DNA of 63,516 nucleotides, counting the filler, from Reclinomonas americana ATCC 50394 (Eukaryota), in assembly GCA_048213135.1 (NCBI GenBank). It is 6 parts of 4 records of this genome, joined end to end, with 100 filler letters (N's around TTAATTAATTAA, not from the genome) between each part and the next. Parts side by side here need not be neighbours in the genome. Positions count along the whole stretch, not along the records: positions 1 to 18,554 come from PS015526.1; 5 more parts are not named here. One strand, 5' to 3'. Both the position numbers and the translations under genes were made by a program. Under the pieces are notes generated by a model that saw only the letters and a list, made by a program, of their open reading frames with translations, was not told where the DNA came from and searched no databases. Shown here one piece after another: positions 1 to 12,454 of the stretch. The stretch's first letter is position 1. Each line of letters begins with the position of its first letter.

Positions 1-4
1 AGAG

Positions 5-47
<43 letters not shown>

Positions 48-109
48 GAGCGCACGTCGGTTTACGATGCGATTGCATGGGGAAGGATGTCTTATTTGAT
101 GACCTGCAG

Positions 110-722
110 ATGTGTCTGGACGAGGCGCTGCTGCGACGTCGCCGACCCGGCCGTTCTCACCTGGTGTTCCGTGTGCAACTGACATTGCTGTCACGCTCGC
201 ATCCGCGAGCTCCACCGTCACGCGGTATCCTGTGGCTGGCCGACCTGGCCAGTCCCTCTGTGCCGCATGGCGATGCCACCGAAGAGGTAAGCGGTCTTGC
301 TCGCTGTCATTGTTTTGTGGCCGCCGAAATAAGCTGACCCCCCACGGCAGGCCCAGGCAGAAGACGCCGCGCTTCAAGAAGACCTGGAGACCTTGGCGGC
401 GCACCTGCACAAGGTGGTGCAGCGTGAGCTGCCGCGCGACGCACCGCTGAGCGACAATGTGCTCACACGTCTACTCCAACCGTGCTTTGAGCCGGAATTC
501 CGCACCATGTTGCGCACTCGCTGTTTGCATCCCCATTCTCCTCACCTCGCCACTCATCGCTGCACCACACACAGTGTCTTCCTGTCGCTGTCACCGACGG
601 CCGCCGATGCTTCCGATTCTGTCGTGCAGTTGCAGCTGCTGGGCGCCGCCGATCTGCGCTCACTGAACATTGTCGACTCGGTCGCCGAGGAACACGATGG
701 CGCACTGCCGAGCAACACGTGA
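110..722 (+). CDS. 3' part of an intron-containing host gene, product unknown
   Basis: GT..AG-bounded open segments (e.g. 351-508 AQAEDAALQEDLETLAAHLHKVVQ) and a last exon ending ...EEHDGALPSNT* at 722; no family recognised. Confidence 0.4.
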
Positions 723-755
723 GAGTAAGAGACTCGTGGTGAAGCAAACAATGCA
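496..755 (+). repeat. ~260 bp direct repeat, copy 1 (copy 2 at 10870-11129)
   Basis: aattccgcaccatgttgcgcactcgctg...gagactcgtggtgaa.caaacaatgca occurs at both loci with scattered mismatches. Confidence 0.9.
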
Positions 756-945
756 GTTTCCAACGTCGCCCGTAGTATTCGCTCGTCAACGACGCTAGAT
801 GTTGTGACCGACCCATTTCCACACTTGTGCCTCTTTGAGAACGCATTGTTACAGTGGATTCATTTATCAGTATGTCTTGCGGTGCGAAAATCACTCCCTT
901 CTTCCTCCTCCTCCTCCTCCTCCTCCTCCTCCTCTTCCTCTTCAG

Positions 946-1130
946 CGCCACTGCCGCGCGGCTTCTACCAGTGTACCAACGATGCGCAGTGCAACGCGCC
1001 GTTCGGATACTGCAACAACAAGTTGCGTGTGTGTGTTCGATTTGCGGTGGGTGCTCTCGTGCTCTCCTGCTCATACAGTTTTTCCTGCGTGTGTGGCAAC
1101 CGCAGCAACGGCAGTGTGAACCTCAACCGC
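946..1130 (+). CDS. Cys-rich EGF-like exons, possibly 5' part of the NHL surface-protein gene
   Basis: PLPRGFYQCTNDAQCNAPFGYCNN spliced (gttgcg..catacag) to FSCVCGN. Confidence 0.4.
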
Positions 1131-1299
1131 GTGTTCTGTTCGTTTTCACTCTTCTTCTGCTCTTGGAGCCCACCCAGACGAGTTCACTCAAGGCACCATC
1201 CGGTTTTCCTCATCTTTGTTGGGTTGGGTAGGTAGGTCGCTGCACTCATTTGCCTTACTTGTAGGTTGGGCGGAGGCGGTCGCCGGCGTGGCTCGGATT

Positions 1300-1992
1300 G
1301 CTTTGGATGTTGCTTGCACCTGCCATGTGGCGGAGTACTGGGCGCCACATTGTGAGCTGGAAGGCCTTGCGGAAGTGTGGTGCCTTTGTCGACTCTCTGC
1401 AGAAGGCTGCTGCTGGAACCCTTGACGTGGTGGCTCACCGAGAAGGAGCAGCGCTTCCTGTGCAAGGAGACACTTGCTCAACGGCTTTGAAAAGCTGAAG
1501 GGCTTGTGGACAACGCGCCACGACAACGTGCGCATGCTTTACGTCCTCCAAGCGGCTCTGGTGCGGCGCCCCAAGGTGGATGACGGTGTGGCGTGCCAGC
1601 TGATGCGCGAGCGTGTCGACGTCGACGTTGGCTAGCTGCTTGCGGCGGTGGAGGTTGCCAACCACGCCAACTTGGCCAGGCTCAAGCCAGACCTCACCAG
1701 GAGGGAACTGGTGAGATCTGCTCGGTCCAGGTGGTGGAGCTGACGTGCCCCTTCGCCAATGACGACTCGGTCAAGTCTGCTGTCAACGGCAAGAAGACCA
1801 AGTACGACTCGTGGGTCAAGGCCATCAAGCACGAAGGTCGGCGATCAGGCCAAGGTTGAGCTGGTGGTGCTCCCTGTGACCTCGATTTTCACGGCTCCGG
1901 CCTTGGTGTCGACTGGCCTCCGTCGTCTCGGCGTGCGCAACGTCCGCCAGTGCATCTCTCGCCTTCGTGCCGATGTTTGCCCAACACTGTAA
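1300..1992 (+). mobile_element. Decayed 3' end of an RLE-type (R2/NeSL/CRE-like) non-LTR retrotransposon
   Basis: Frameshifted motifs in order: C-K-E-T-L (eroded Zn knuckle), WTTRHDNV, LKPDL (1681-1695), VVELTCPF, KKTKY, VELVVLPV. Confidence 0.7.
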
Positions 1993-2086
1993 GGGTGTGG
2001 GTGTACAAGCTGTGAACATGGTGGTTGTGTGAGAGAAGTAACAGTTGTAGAAGGAAGCACACGAGACTTGTTGGCGATCACTGGTA

Positions 2087-2446
2087 GTGCTCCATTGTTG
2101 TGATGTCTCAGTGAATATGGACGAAGAAGCGTTGCAGAAGGCGTACGACCGCAAGTTGGTGAAGTATGCCGAGCTGGTGGAGAAGATCCGAACGCACACT
2201 GAAGCGGTGGTTACGTACGTGCCGATTGTTTTCACGCAAGTTGGATCGTGCGCGCAGACTACCCGGGCGTCGTTGGAGAAGATGGGCATCGAGAGCGGCC
2301 AATTGCGCCGAGTGGTGGACAGGTGCTGCGTGGAGATCCTGCGGGCGGACTATGCGATGTTCGCTTTCCGCTGTGCCGGTGGCAAAAAGGCTCAAGCAAA
2401 CAACCCCCCACCCGCAGCAGCTGCGCCGCAGCCTCAGGGTAACTAG
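2087..2446 (+). mobile_element. Second, different RLE endonuclease C-terminal fragment of a non-LTR retrotransposon
   Basis: CCDVSVN...AYDRKLVKY...YVPIVFTQVG...SLEKMGI fits the D-V-x-V...KxxKY...PIV..G tail of restriction-like endonucleases. Confidence 0.65.
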
Positions 2447-3119
2447 ACCCNNNNNNNNNNNNNNNNNNNNNNNNNNNNNNNNNNNNNNNNNNNNNNNNNN
2501 NNNNNNNNNNNNNNNNNNNNNNNNNNNNNNNNNNNNNNNNNNNNNNNNNNNNNNNNNNNNNNNNNNNNNNNNNNNNNNNNNNNNNNNNNNNNNNNNNNNN
2601 NNNNNNNNNNNNNNNNNNNNNNNNNNNNNNNNNNNNNNNNNNNNNNNNNNNNNNNNNNNNNNNNNNNNNNNNNNNNNNNNNNNNNNNNNNNNNNNNNNNN
2701 NNNNNNNNNNNNNNNNNNNNNNNNNNNNNNNNNNNNNNNNNNNNNNNNNNNNNNNNNNNNNNNNNNNNNNNNNNNNNNNNNNNNNNNNNNNNNNNNNNNN
2801 NNNNNNNNNNNNNNNNNNNNNNNNNNNNNNNNNNNNNNNNNNNNNNNNNNNNNNNNNNNNNNNNNNNNNNNNNNNNNNNNNNNNNNNNNNNNNNNNNNNN
2901 NNNNNNNNNNNNNNNNNNNNNNNNNNNNNNNNNNNNNNNNNNNNNNNNNNNNNNNNNNNNNNNNNNNNNNNNNNNNNNNNNNNNNNNNNNNNNNNNNNNN
3001 NNNNNNNNNNNNNNNNNNNNNNNNNNNNNNNNNNNNNNNNNNNNNNNNNNNNNNNNNNNNNNNNNNNNNNNNNNNNNNNNNNNNNNNNNNNNNNNNNNNN
3101 NNNNNNNNNNNNNNNNNNN

Positions 3120-3169
<50 letters not shown>

Positions 3170-3227
3170 ACACCGCACTTGTTGCTCACCCGGTACGCAC
3201 ACACACTCCATTACTGCGCATGCGCAG

Positions 3228-4267
3228 ACGCCCAGACAGTGACCACCGCCGTTGCCAACGATGTCACTGGCTCGTCCGCCACTCTCAACGCGTGGATCAA
3301 TCCCAACAACGTCGCCGGCGGCACCACCAACTCCTTTGAGTGGTCTCCATACGCCGCTGCCATTGGTGTCTCTCCAGCCACTGTCTCCACCTTTGCGGGC
3401 ACGGCGGGCACCTCCGGAACGACTGATGGCGTTGGCGCAAGTGCACGATTTACCCAGCCAATGGTGTGCTTTCAGATGCTTCCTTGCTCCCTCTTCGCAT
3501 ACGACGGGATTCCAGTGGACTGACGCGTTACACAAATGTGCTCTCTCGACAGGGACTGGCCTTCGACGCGATGGGAAACCTGTATGTGGGCGAGTACGGG
3601 TATGACATACAGATTCATCGGATTCGACACTTCTTTTTCTCTCTCACACACACTCGCACACGATGACAATGGCAGCAACTGTCGCATTCGACGTATCACA
3701 CCCGCTGCCACAGTGACAACGTTTGCGGGAAGCACGTGTGGCCTGACGAATGGCACAGGAGTGGCTGCACAGTTCGGAGTGTGCGTTCTCTCTCTCTCTC
3801 TCTCTCTCTCTCNNNNNNNNNNNNNNNNNNNNNNNNNNNNNNNNNNNNNNNNNNNNNNNNNNNNNNNNNNNNNNNNNNNNNNNNNNNNNNNNNNNNNNNN
3901 NNNNNNNNNNNNNNNNNNNNNNNNNNNNNNNNNNNNNNNNNNNNNNNNNNNNNNNNNNNNNNNNNNNNNNNNNNNNNNNNNNNNNNNNNNNNNNNNNNNN
4001 NNNNNNNNNNNNNNNNNNNNNNNNNNNNNNNNNNNNNNNNNNNNNNNNNNNNNNNNNNNNNNNNNNNNNNNNNNNNNNNNNNNNNNNNNNNNNNNNNNNN
4101 NNNNNNNNNNNNNNNNNNNNNNNNNNNNNNNNNNNNNNNNNNNNNNNNNNNNNNNNNNNNCGTACGAACGTTACGTTACGGTACGGGAACGGACGTACGT
4201 GGTCCGTCGTACGAACGTAGGTACGACGACGAGGTAGGCGTCGCGCACGTACGTACGGTAGTGTGTC

Positions 4268-4316
<49 letters not shown>

Positions 4317-7312
4317 CGTCCTTCACTCACACGCTTTCAGTGTTTCCGGCCTGGCCATTGATCAAACCACGGGAACCATGTATGTTGCCGATGTGAGTGT
4401 GATGATGACATGCATGATCGGATGCATGCTGCTGACTCTGCTGAGTGTGTGCTTCTCTCCCGCAGACGACGAACCACGCTGTGCGTGCCGTCACCGCAGC
4501 AGCCGTGGTGACTACACTGGCAGGCACTGGAGCGGCGGGAAGTTCCAATGGCACAGGTGCAGCGGCCTCCTTCAATCAACCTGTGGGAGTGGCGGTGGAC
4601 TCCGCGAACCAAGTGGTGTATGTGGGCGAAGCTAGCAACAGAGTCATTCGACGTGTGACCTACGGCGGTGCGGCGACGACCTTTTGTGGCACGATGGGCA
4701 TGAGTGGCACAGCCGATGGTGCGTGTGCGGGAGCGGCGCGATTCGGTGATCCCAGTGGCGTGCTTCTCGTCGGAACCACGCTGTATGTTGGTGAGCGCTG
4801 TTTGAGAGAGCAAGTGAGGCACAGAGCTTGCATTCCTTTCTGCTCATCTACGCCTTGTGTGTGCGTGAGTGCAGCTGACCGCGGGAACAACTCCATTCGA
4901 GCCATTGACATGGTGGCAATGACGCTGTCGACGGTGGCGGGTTCGACGAGCGGCGCCTCTGGATACACGGATGCCACTGGTGAGTTTATCATCATTGGCA
5001 ACTCAGTGATTGTTGGCACTCTTGCTGAAAGATGCGCACCAGGAACGGCTGCCCATTTCAGCGGACTAGTGGGACTGGCATACGATACGGGAAACAACGT
5101 CATCTATGTTTGCGATGTTGATTATCTCCTCAGTCACCCCACAAACCCTGAGTCTCACTTCTTGATACTGACTGTCTATCCATTTGCAGTATGCAAACAA
5201 CGTCGTGCGACAAGTACGAGTGTCGGACTCGGCGGTGACCACGATTGCTGGTACGGCGGGGATGAGTGGATCAGCCAGTGGCAACGCGCTGACCGTGGCA
5301 CGCCTTACGGCACCTCATTTCCCCGCGTTCGACGCATCAACCGCATCTTTGTTGGTTGGCGATTTCACCGCGAACACCATCCGTCGCATCTCGCTGGCGT
5401 CGCAATCTCTGTCGGCCGCACCCGCCACCGCCACTGGCTCCCTGGCCACCTCGATCACGGCCTCGCTGACAGGGTTGGCGAGCAACTGGACGTACTACTA
5501 TCGCGCCGTCGGCGTCACCTCCGCGCCCAGCACCGTTAACGGCGCCACCGTGTCCTTTTCCACTGTGGCCAATGTGGCTCCGACTGACATTAGTTGCTCG
5601 TCGACGACATATGTTTCGCCATCGGTGGCGAATCAAGTCGTGTGTGCGCTGCAAACGACGGACGCAAATGCGGGCCAGTCGTTTACGTACTCGATTGTCG
5701 GCGGTGCCAACAGCGGAGTGTTTTCGATCAGCGGACAGTCGTTGGTGATTGTCGCGGCGGGCCAGGCGGGCAGCCCGCTGGCGGTGACAATTCGGTCGAC
5801 CGACAATGGATCGCCTCCGCTCTTCTTTGACAAGGCATTCACCATCACTACGGGTGAGACAAGCGGGGTACTGCTTGGTCAAGTGTGTTCTGTGTCTGCC
5901 TCTCCCTTCGGCGGCTTCTTCTTCATCTTCTCCTCCTTTCCATTCTTCTTCTACTTTCTCTCCTTCTTCATCAATTTCTTCTTCTTCTACTACTTCTTCT
6001 TTTTGTTCTTCTTGTTCTTGTTCTTTTTTCGTCTTTGTCCTCGTCGCGGTTTCCTTCTACCGCTGTTGGTCATTCACAGTGATCCTCTTGCTTGTCGGCA
6101 TTCCACAGTCACCCAGTCGCTGGCCACCCTGGCGGCCAGCAGCTTGTCAACGTCGTCGGCGACATTGAATGCGGTGGTCGGCAACTCCGTGGTGGCCTCG
6201 ACAATGAGCAACTCGTTCGAGTGGGCGCCGTCGGCGGCTGCACTCGGTGTTACACCAACAGTGTCGACGTGGGTGGGCACGGCGGGCATGTTGGGCTCGA
6301 CAGATGGTACTGGTACAGCTGCTCGTCTGTCTCTTTCGTCGGTTCGTATATCACACTGTGCCCACGTTGTCGCAGTACCGTGTTTCACGATGTGCCATAT
6401 CAACCGGACAGAGCATCGATTTTGATGCGACTGGCACTGCGTTTGTGTGTGAAGTTGGAAATCATACGATCCGGCGAGTGACGATTGCAGGGGTGACGTC
6501 CACGTTCCTAGGAACTGCCGGAGCATCAAGCCTGGTTAACGGCGTTGGTACTGCAGCGCGGTTTTACCATCCCATTGACTTGTCGATTGACCTCGCCACC
6601 GGATACCTGTACATCGCTGATGTTGCGTTGGTTGCGCAACGGATGAAAGAGTGTGTTTGAAGGGTATTGTGTCGCTCACTCCCGTACACTTTCCAGCATA
6701 TGAATCACGCAATACGTGTGAGCACGCCTTCCGGCTCTGTGTCGACACTGGCTGGCAACGGATCGTCCGGCACTGCGAATGGAACCGGATCGAATGCGAG
6801 GTTTAACCGTCTACACGGGATTGTCGTCGACTCGGTGAACAAGGTTTTGTATGTTGGTGATCAATCNNNNNNNNNNNNNNNNNNNNNNNNNNNNNNNNNN
6901 NNNNNNNNNNNNNNNNNNNNNNNNNNNNNNNNNNNNNNNNNNNNNNNNNNNNNNNNNNNNNNNNNNNNNNNNNNNNNNNNNNNNNNNNNNNNNNNNNNNN
7001 NNNNNNNNNNNNNNNNNNNNNNNNNNNNNNNNNNNNNNNNNNNNNNNNNNNNNNNNNNNNNNNNNNNNNNNNNNNNNNNNNNNNNNNNNNNNNNNNNNNN
7101 NNNNNNNNNNNNNNNNNNNNNNNNNNNNNNNNNNNNNNNNNNNNNNNNNNNNNNNNNNNNNNNNNNNNNNNNNNNNNNNNNNNNNNNNNNNNNNNNNNNN
7201 NNNNNNNNNNNNNNNNNNNNNNNNNNNNNNNNNNNNNNNNNNNNNNNNNNNNNNNNNNNNNNNNNNNNNNNNNNNNNNNNNNNNGTAGTCATACAACGAC
7301 GTCGTCGTACGG

Positions 7313-7386
<74 letters not shown>

Positions 7387-10300
7387 CGTTGCTGCTCTGA
7401 ACCTGTCTATGTGCCATTCAGGTCACATATGGCGGCGAGGTCACCACCTACTGCGGTACTGTTGGGTCGTCGGGAACAGCTGACGGCGCATGTGTATCAG
7501 TAGCAACATTTGCGAATCCGAATGGCGTAGAATTGGATTCAACGGCCAATCGGCTGTACGTCGGTGCGTGTATGCGTGCGTGCGAGCGTGCGTTCGCGTG
7601 TGATATCGGTTCTCTGCGAATCACTGTGGTCAAGGACGGGTGCTCATATCTTAGGAGATGATTGCAGCTGCTCGAGGTGCACATTCCGTTCGCGTGATCG
7701 ACATGCTGGCAATGACGGTGTCGACTCTGGCCGGCTCGCTAACCGGATTATCAGGATCAACGGATGCCACGGGCACTGCCGCTCGATTCAACGGACCTGT
7801 TGGTATCTCGCTAGATCGAGGGCGAGGCGTCCTCTACGTCTCTGAAGTGCGTATTTGTGTTCCACTGGAATTGTTGCTATCTGCGTTCCACCCATCGCTC
7901 GTGGTACACGTAGGCGACCAACCACACGATTCGCCAAATCGTCATCAGCACGGGTGCTGTGACAACCATCGCGGGTGCTGCTGGGTCTTCCGGATCTGCT
8001 GACGGGAGCCCGCTCACTGTTGCTCGATTTTATACCCCGGTTCGTACTTTTGTTTCTGTTCACAAGAAGCTCTGCTTGAGCTTAATTGCGTTGTATTGGA
8101 CGCAGCATTACGTGACGTACAATGCCGCGACATTTTCCCTATTCATCGCAGGTATGAGATCAAATAAGAGATGTAACAGTTGTGTTTATTAAGTTCTCAT
8201 CCTCTCCATCACCAGAGTGGACCAACTCCACCATCCGCCGTCTCACAATCGGCTCCACCATCATCGCGGCCACCCCTGCCACCTCCGGCGTCGCCTCCAG
8301 CACCACCCTGACCGCGTCACTGACATCACTCGCCGCCAACTGGACATACTACTTCCGTGCCATCTCCACCTCCACTGTACCCAGCACTCTCACCGGCTCT
8401 ACCCTGTCCTTCACCACCTCGAACTCGACACCGACCGACATCGCTTGCTCTGCCACCTACGTTGCACCGTCGACGGCCAACATGTCTGTGTGTACGATGA
8501 GCTCGACGGACAATGATGGAGGCCAGTCGTACACGTACGCGGTCACGGGAGGAGCGAATGCTACCACTTTTTCAACAAGCGGCGCGCAGCTGCAGATCAC
8601 CTCGGCAGGACAGTCGGGCAGTCCACTGGCGGTCGCAATCCGCTCGTTTGACAATGGCACGCCGCCCATGTTTGTCGACAAGTTATTCAGTGTGACGTCG
8701 GGTGTGTGACTTGCATGATCAGCATGGAGTTAGTAGTTTCTTGGTGTGAATGCTGAGCTTGTCTTCTCGCAGTGAACAATTCGCCGACGGCGGTAACGCT
8801 GAGTGCGAGCTCGTACATTCCGCCCAGCACAGCTGGACTGGCAATCGGCACGATGAGCACGAGTGACTTGAACTCCCAGCAGTCGTTCACGTATTCTGTG
8901 GTGGGTGGTGCGAGCAGCGCGCTGGTGACGATTGCGTCTGGCAACCAGCTACAGTTTGCGAGTGCGGGAGTGACGGCCTCGTTGGTAGTGATTGTGCGCA
9001 CGACCGACAATGGCAATCCCGCGATGTCATTCGATCAGACGCTCAACATTTCTGGTTGCGTGCTTCGAGATTGTATAATATTGTACTGCAAGATGATGCT
9101 GATTCTCGTCTGCGCATTTGCATGCAGCACCCACTGTGACGTCGGTGTCGGCCACCTTTGTGTCGGCACTGGCTGGCCAATCGATTACGTTGACGGGAAC
9201 TGGATTACTGAACAACTCGGCGGATGCATCGGCGTATGTACTTGCCACTCCTCTCTGCGCTGCCGCGACACCACCAACGGCCGTGGCCAGCACCGCCGTC
9301 AGCAGTGCGTTCGGGAGTGCGACCAGCATCACGCTGACGATTGGAGCAGCGGGTGCTGCTACAGGCACGTACGAGTTGTGCACGCGATGGTCACCAACCA
9401 AGACGTATCTGGCGGTGTCTGCATTTGCCATTGGTGAGGAATGGGGGGAAGGGAGAGCGCAGGGAACATTGTGCTGTTGTTGTTTGCCTGTGGAGATCTA
9501 GAGCTGTGCTTCATTTTCTTTCATGTTGTTCTTCTCTCTCTCTCTCTCTTCCCTCTCCCTCTCTGTGTATGTATGTCTGTGTGTATGCAAGCATGTGTGT
9601 GAATGAGTGTGTATGCGTGTGTCAGCTGACCATGGTGTGCAGGGAGCGTTGGTCCGAGTGACATTCTGCTGTCGGGCTCGCAGACATACTCGAGTGCGAC
9701 GGTGCCATTCACTGTGGGCACTCTGAGCATGGTGGATCTCAACACGGGACAGACGCCGACATTCAGCATTGTCGGCGGTGTGCATGCGGCTCTGTTCAGT
9801 CTGGTTGGCGGCAATCAGCTGACAATCTCGGTGGCTCCGCCGCTGAGTCGTCGACTGCAAGTGTTTGTGCAAGTGAGCGATGGCACGCTGACTTACACCA
9901 AGCAGTTCACGATTGTCTACGGTGAGCAGCGGGGAAGGGAGGGTAACCGGAAAGGAAGGGGAAGGAGAATGGAAGCAGCCGATGTGTATGAATGTCATCG
10001 CACTCTCCCTCCGCGACGCAGCGCACGCAGAGAATGTGAATGGTGCTGACAATGGTTTGGTGCTTGTGCAGCTTGGGGCACTGGTTGTTCGACCTTGCAG
10101 AATGGTGTCGTGGCTCGTTGCGTTGTTTTGTATCGCAGATGCGCCCATATATCGCCACCTCACTCGCCATCGCATCGCGATCGAACAGCGGCGTTGGAGG
10201 TGTGCCTGTTCGAGGCCGTGGATCGACCTGGTGGCACTATCCTCGCTGTAATGCCTGCCGTTGCAAGCGAAGTCGGATGCTGCGAACTGTGCGATCGGAC

Positions 10301-10852
10301 GTCGCAGTGCCGATCGTGGACTTTCCTCGATGCTGCTGCGGCGTCGAATACTCTCGGCGTGAGTGTGTGCACTCTGAAGGCACGTGAACGTTGATGGTCA
10401 GGAGCACTCATGGAATGACGAGCTCATCTTCTCGCCGCATGCAGAGCACCGTACCGGTGGCGGCAGCCAATGCAGAGACCAGCAACGTGTGTGGCACGCA
10501 TTTCTGCTTCGTGTCAGGACGCAAGACGAGTGCGGCGGCGTACGACAGCAGCGGGTTCCTGACCAGCACGGGTGAGTAGCTGAGCTGCTGTTTGTGGAGA
10601 TTAGCGACGAAGGATTGAGATTGATATGGTTGCTTGCATGCAGATCGACCTGGTGGCGATCTCACGTGGGCCATCATCACAACAACTGGACCGCAAGCAT
10701 GCTCGCTGTGGTGCTCACAGTTGACTGCATGCGGCTCGTGGACATTTACGACGTCGACCAAGCAGTGTGTGCCGAAGAGTGGCGTGGTGGCCACGTCGAC
10801 GGTGGCGGCGTGTGCCACGAGCGGGGACTGCACGTCGGGGTTGAAGATATGA
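3228..10852 (+). CDS. Large multi-exon extracellular protein: 2x (FN3-like + NHL beta-propeller), cadherin-like repeats, C-terminal PAN/apple-like domains; 5' end unresolved
   Basis: NHL repeats (VTTLAGTGAAGSSNGTGAAASFNQPVGVAVD, LYIAD..NHAIR); cadherin-like NVAPTDI...TTDANAGQSFTYSIVGG...IRSTDNG; PAN-like DRPGG...CCELCDRTSQCRSWTF and CSLWCSQLTACGSWTF; many short GT-AG introns; stop at 10852. Confidence 0.8.
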
Positions 10853-10869
10853 GTGAATGCTTGGCATGA

Positions 10870-11129
10870 AATTCCGCACCATGTTGCGCACTCGCTGTTT
10901 GCATCCCCATATTCTCTCCTCGCCACTCATCGCCGCACCACGCACAGTGTCTTCTTGTCGCTGTCGCCGACGGCCGCCGACGCTTCTGATTCTCTGGTGC
11001 AGTTGCAGCTGCTGGGCGCCGCCGATCTGCGCTCACTGAACATTGTCGACTCGGTTGCCGAGGAACACGATGGCGCGCTGCCAAGCAACACGTGACAGTT
11101 AAGAGACTCGTGGTGAAACAAACAATGCA
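10870..11129 (+). repeat. ~260 bp direct repeat, copy 2 (orphan copy of the last intron/exon of the gene ending at 722)
   Basis: Aligns with 496-755; encodes the near-identical VFLSLSPTAADASDS.VQLQLLGAADLRSLNIVDSVAEEHDGALPSNT*. Confidence 0.9.
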
Positions 11130-11187
11130 TTCTTGTGTCCGTCCCACAGCAATCGCACTTGTCTTCGTTTGCAAAGCAAGAGAGAGA

Positions 11188-11657
11188 ATGTTGACTGCTC
11201 TGAGTCGTCGCACCAGTGCACTGCTGCGTGCCACAGTGCCTCCTCACATGCGTTTTCTCACCGGTGACACCACACACACACAAACGAGAAAAGACAACTC
11301 TCTTTTCTCCACACTCACTCACTCTGTGTGTGCACACAGCTGCCTCTCAGACACAGCATGTGCTGAGTGAGAGTCAACGTGCACAGTTTGCGCGTGATGG
11401 ATACACGACAGTGCCGGGTTTTCTGAGTGAGAGTGAGTGTGATGAATTGCGCGGAAGGATGATTGAGATGGCGTCGGAATGGAAGCCTTCGTCGGCCACT
11501 CTCAGTGTGTTCTCCACGAGGAATCAGGTGAATGGGAGGAAAAGGGGAGGAAAGGGGGGTAAACGGGAAGGGGAAGGGGAGGAGAAGTGGAAGGGGAAGG
11601 GAAGGGTTGGAGAGAGAAGAGGAAGGGGAAGAAGAAGAAGTGAACAGGGAAGAGGCA

Positions 11658-11702
<45 letters not shown>

Positions 11703-12197
11703 CTGACAATCGGGAAGACGAGAGGGTAGAGAGAAGAAAGAAGAAGAGAGTGAGTGTGCTTGTGAGAGATGGAAGGAAGACAGGAGAAGAAGTAGAAGAA
11801 GAAGAGGAGAGGGAGAGAGGGAGACTGCTGTTGGTGCCGTTGGAATCCGCTGTGGATCATCGAATCTATGTTGGTATGTCCGTGTTTGTTGTCTTTGAGA
11901 CTCCTTTCCACGAGACAAGTGAATGGAGGGAGTGAGGAACTGGAGAGCAACAGAGTCCACTCTGCGCTTTTGATCTCATTCTATCTCTACTCAGGCTTTT
12001 GCTTCTTGTCTCCTTCTCTCGCTGCTCTCCCTGTTCTGTCTGGGCTTGCTGCTCTCTTGTCTTCTCCCTGCCAACGGTCCTCGTTCATTCGCTGTCGCTC
12101 TGATTACTCCCATTGGCATCACAGTCATTGCTTATTCACTCGCTGTCTCCTCTCACTGTTTCTGTTCGCTCCAACTAGCCATTGTTGTCCTTGCCGT

Positions 12198-12231
<34 letters not shown>

Positions 12232-12422
12232 GATTTTTCTCTCTCCTCTCGTGTACTAGCCACCTGTTCGCTCTCTCTGTTGCGTCTCTCTGTCTTCTCT
12301 CTCTGCGACTCTCTTTGTCTCTTCTCCATCTCCTTCGTATCGTCACGGCCCGTGCCTGATCACTCGCTGTGTCTCCCCTCTTGTTGACTCCCACTGGTCA
12401 TCACTGCCAGCTCTCATTCGCT

Positions 12423-12454
<32 letters not shown>

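Noticed and set aside
2108..3535. Long ORFs running through N gaps and (GT)n/(GA)n tracts throughout the ORF track
   Set aside because: Length comes from Ns and microsatellites (HTHT, ERER, CVCV), not coding sequence
4161..4270. Odd cgtacg/acgt-rich quasi-repeats (also 7285-7315, 33615-33729, 33928-33966)
   Set aside because: Occur only at contig ends beside microsatellites and cycle through T-A-C-G; consistent with pyrosequencing flow noise
5914..6030. Phe-rich 'transmembrane' stretch in ORF 5184-6425
   Set aside because: It is a (CTT)n-like tract inside a GT-AG intron (5854-6108)
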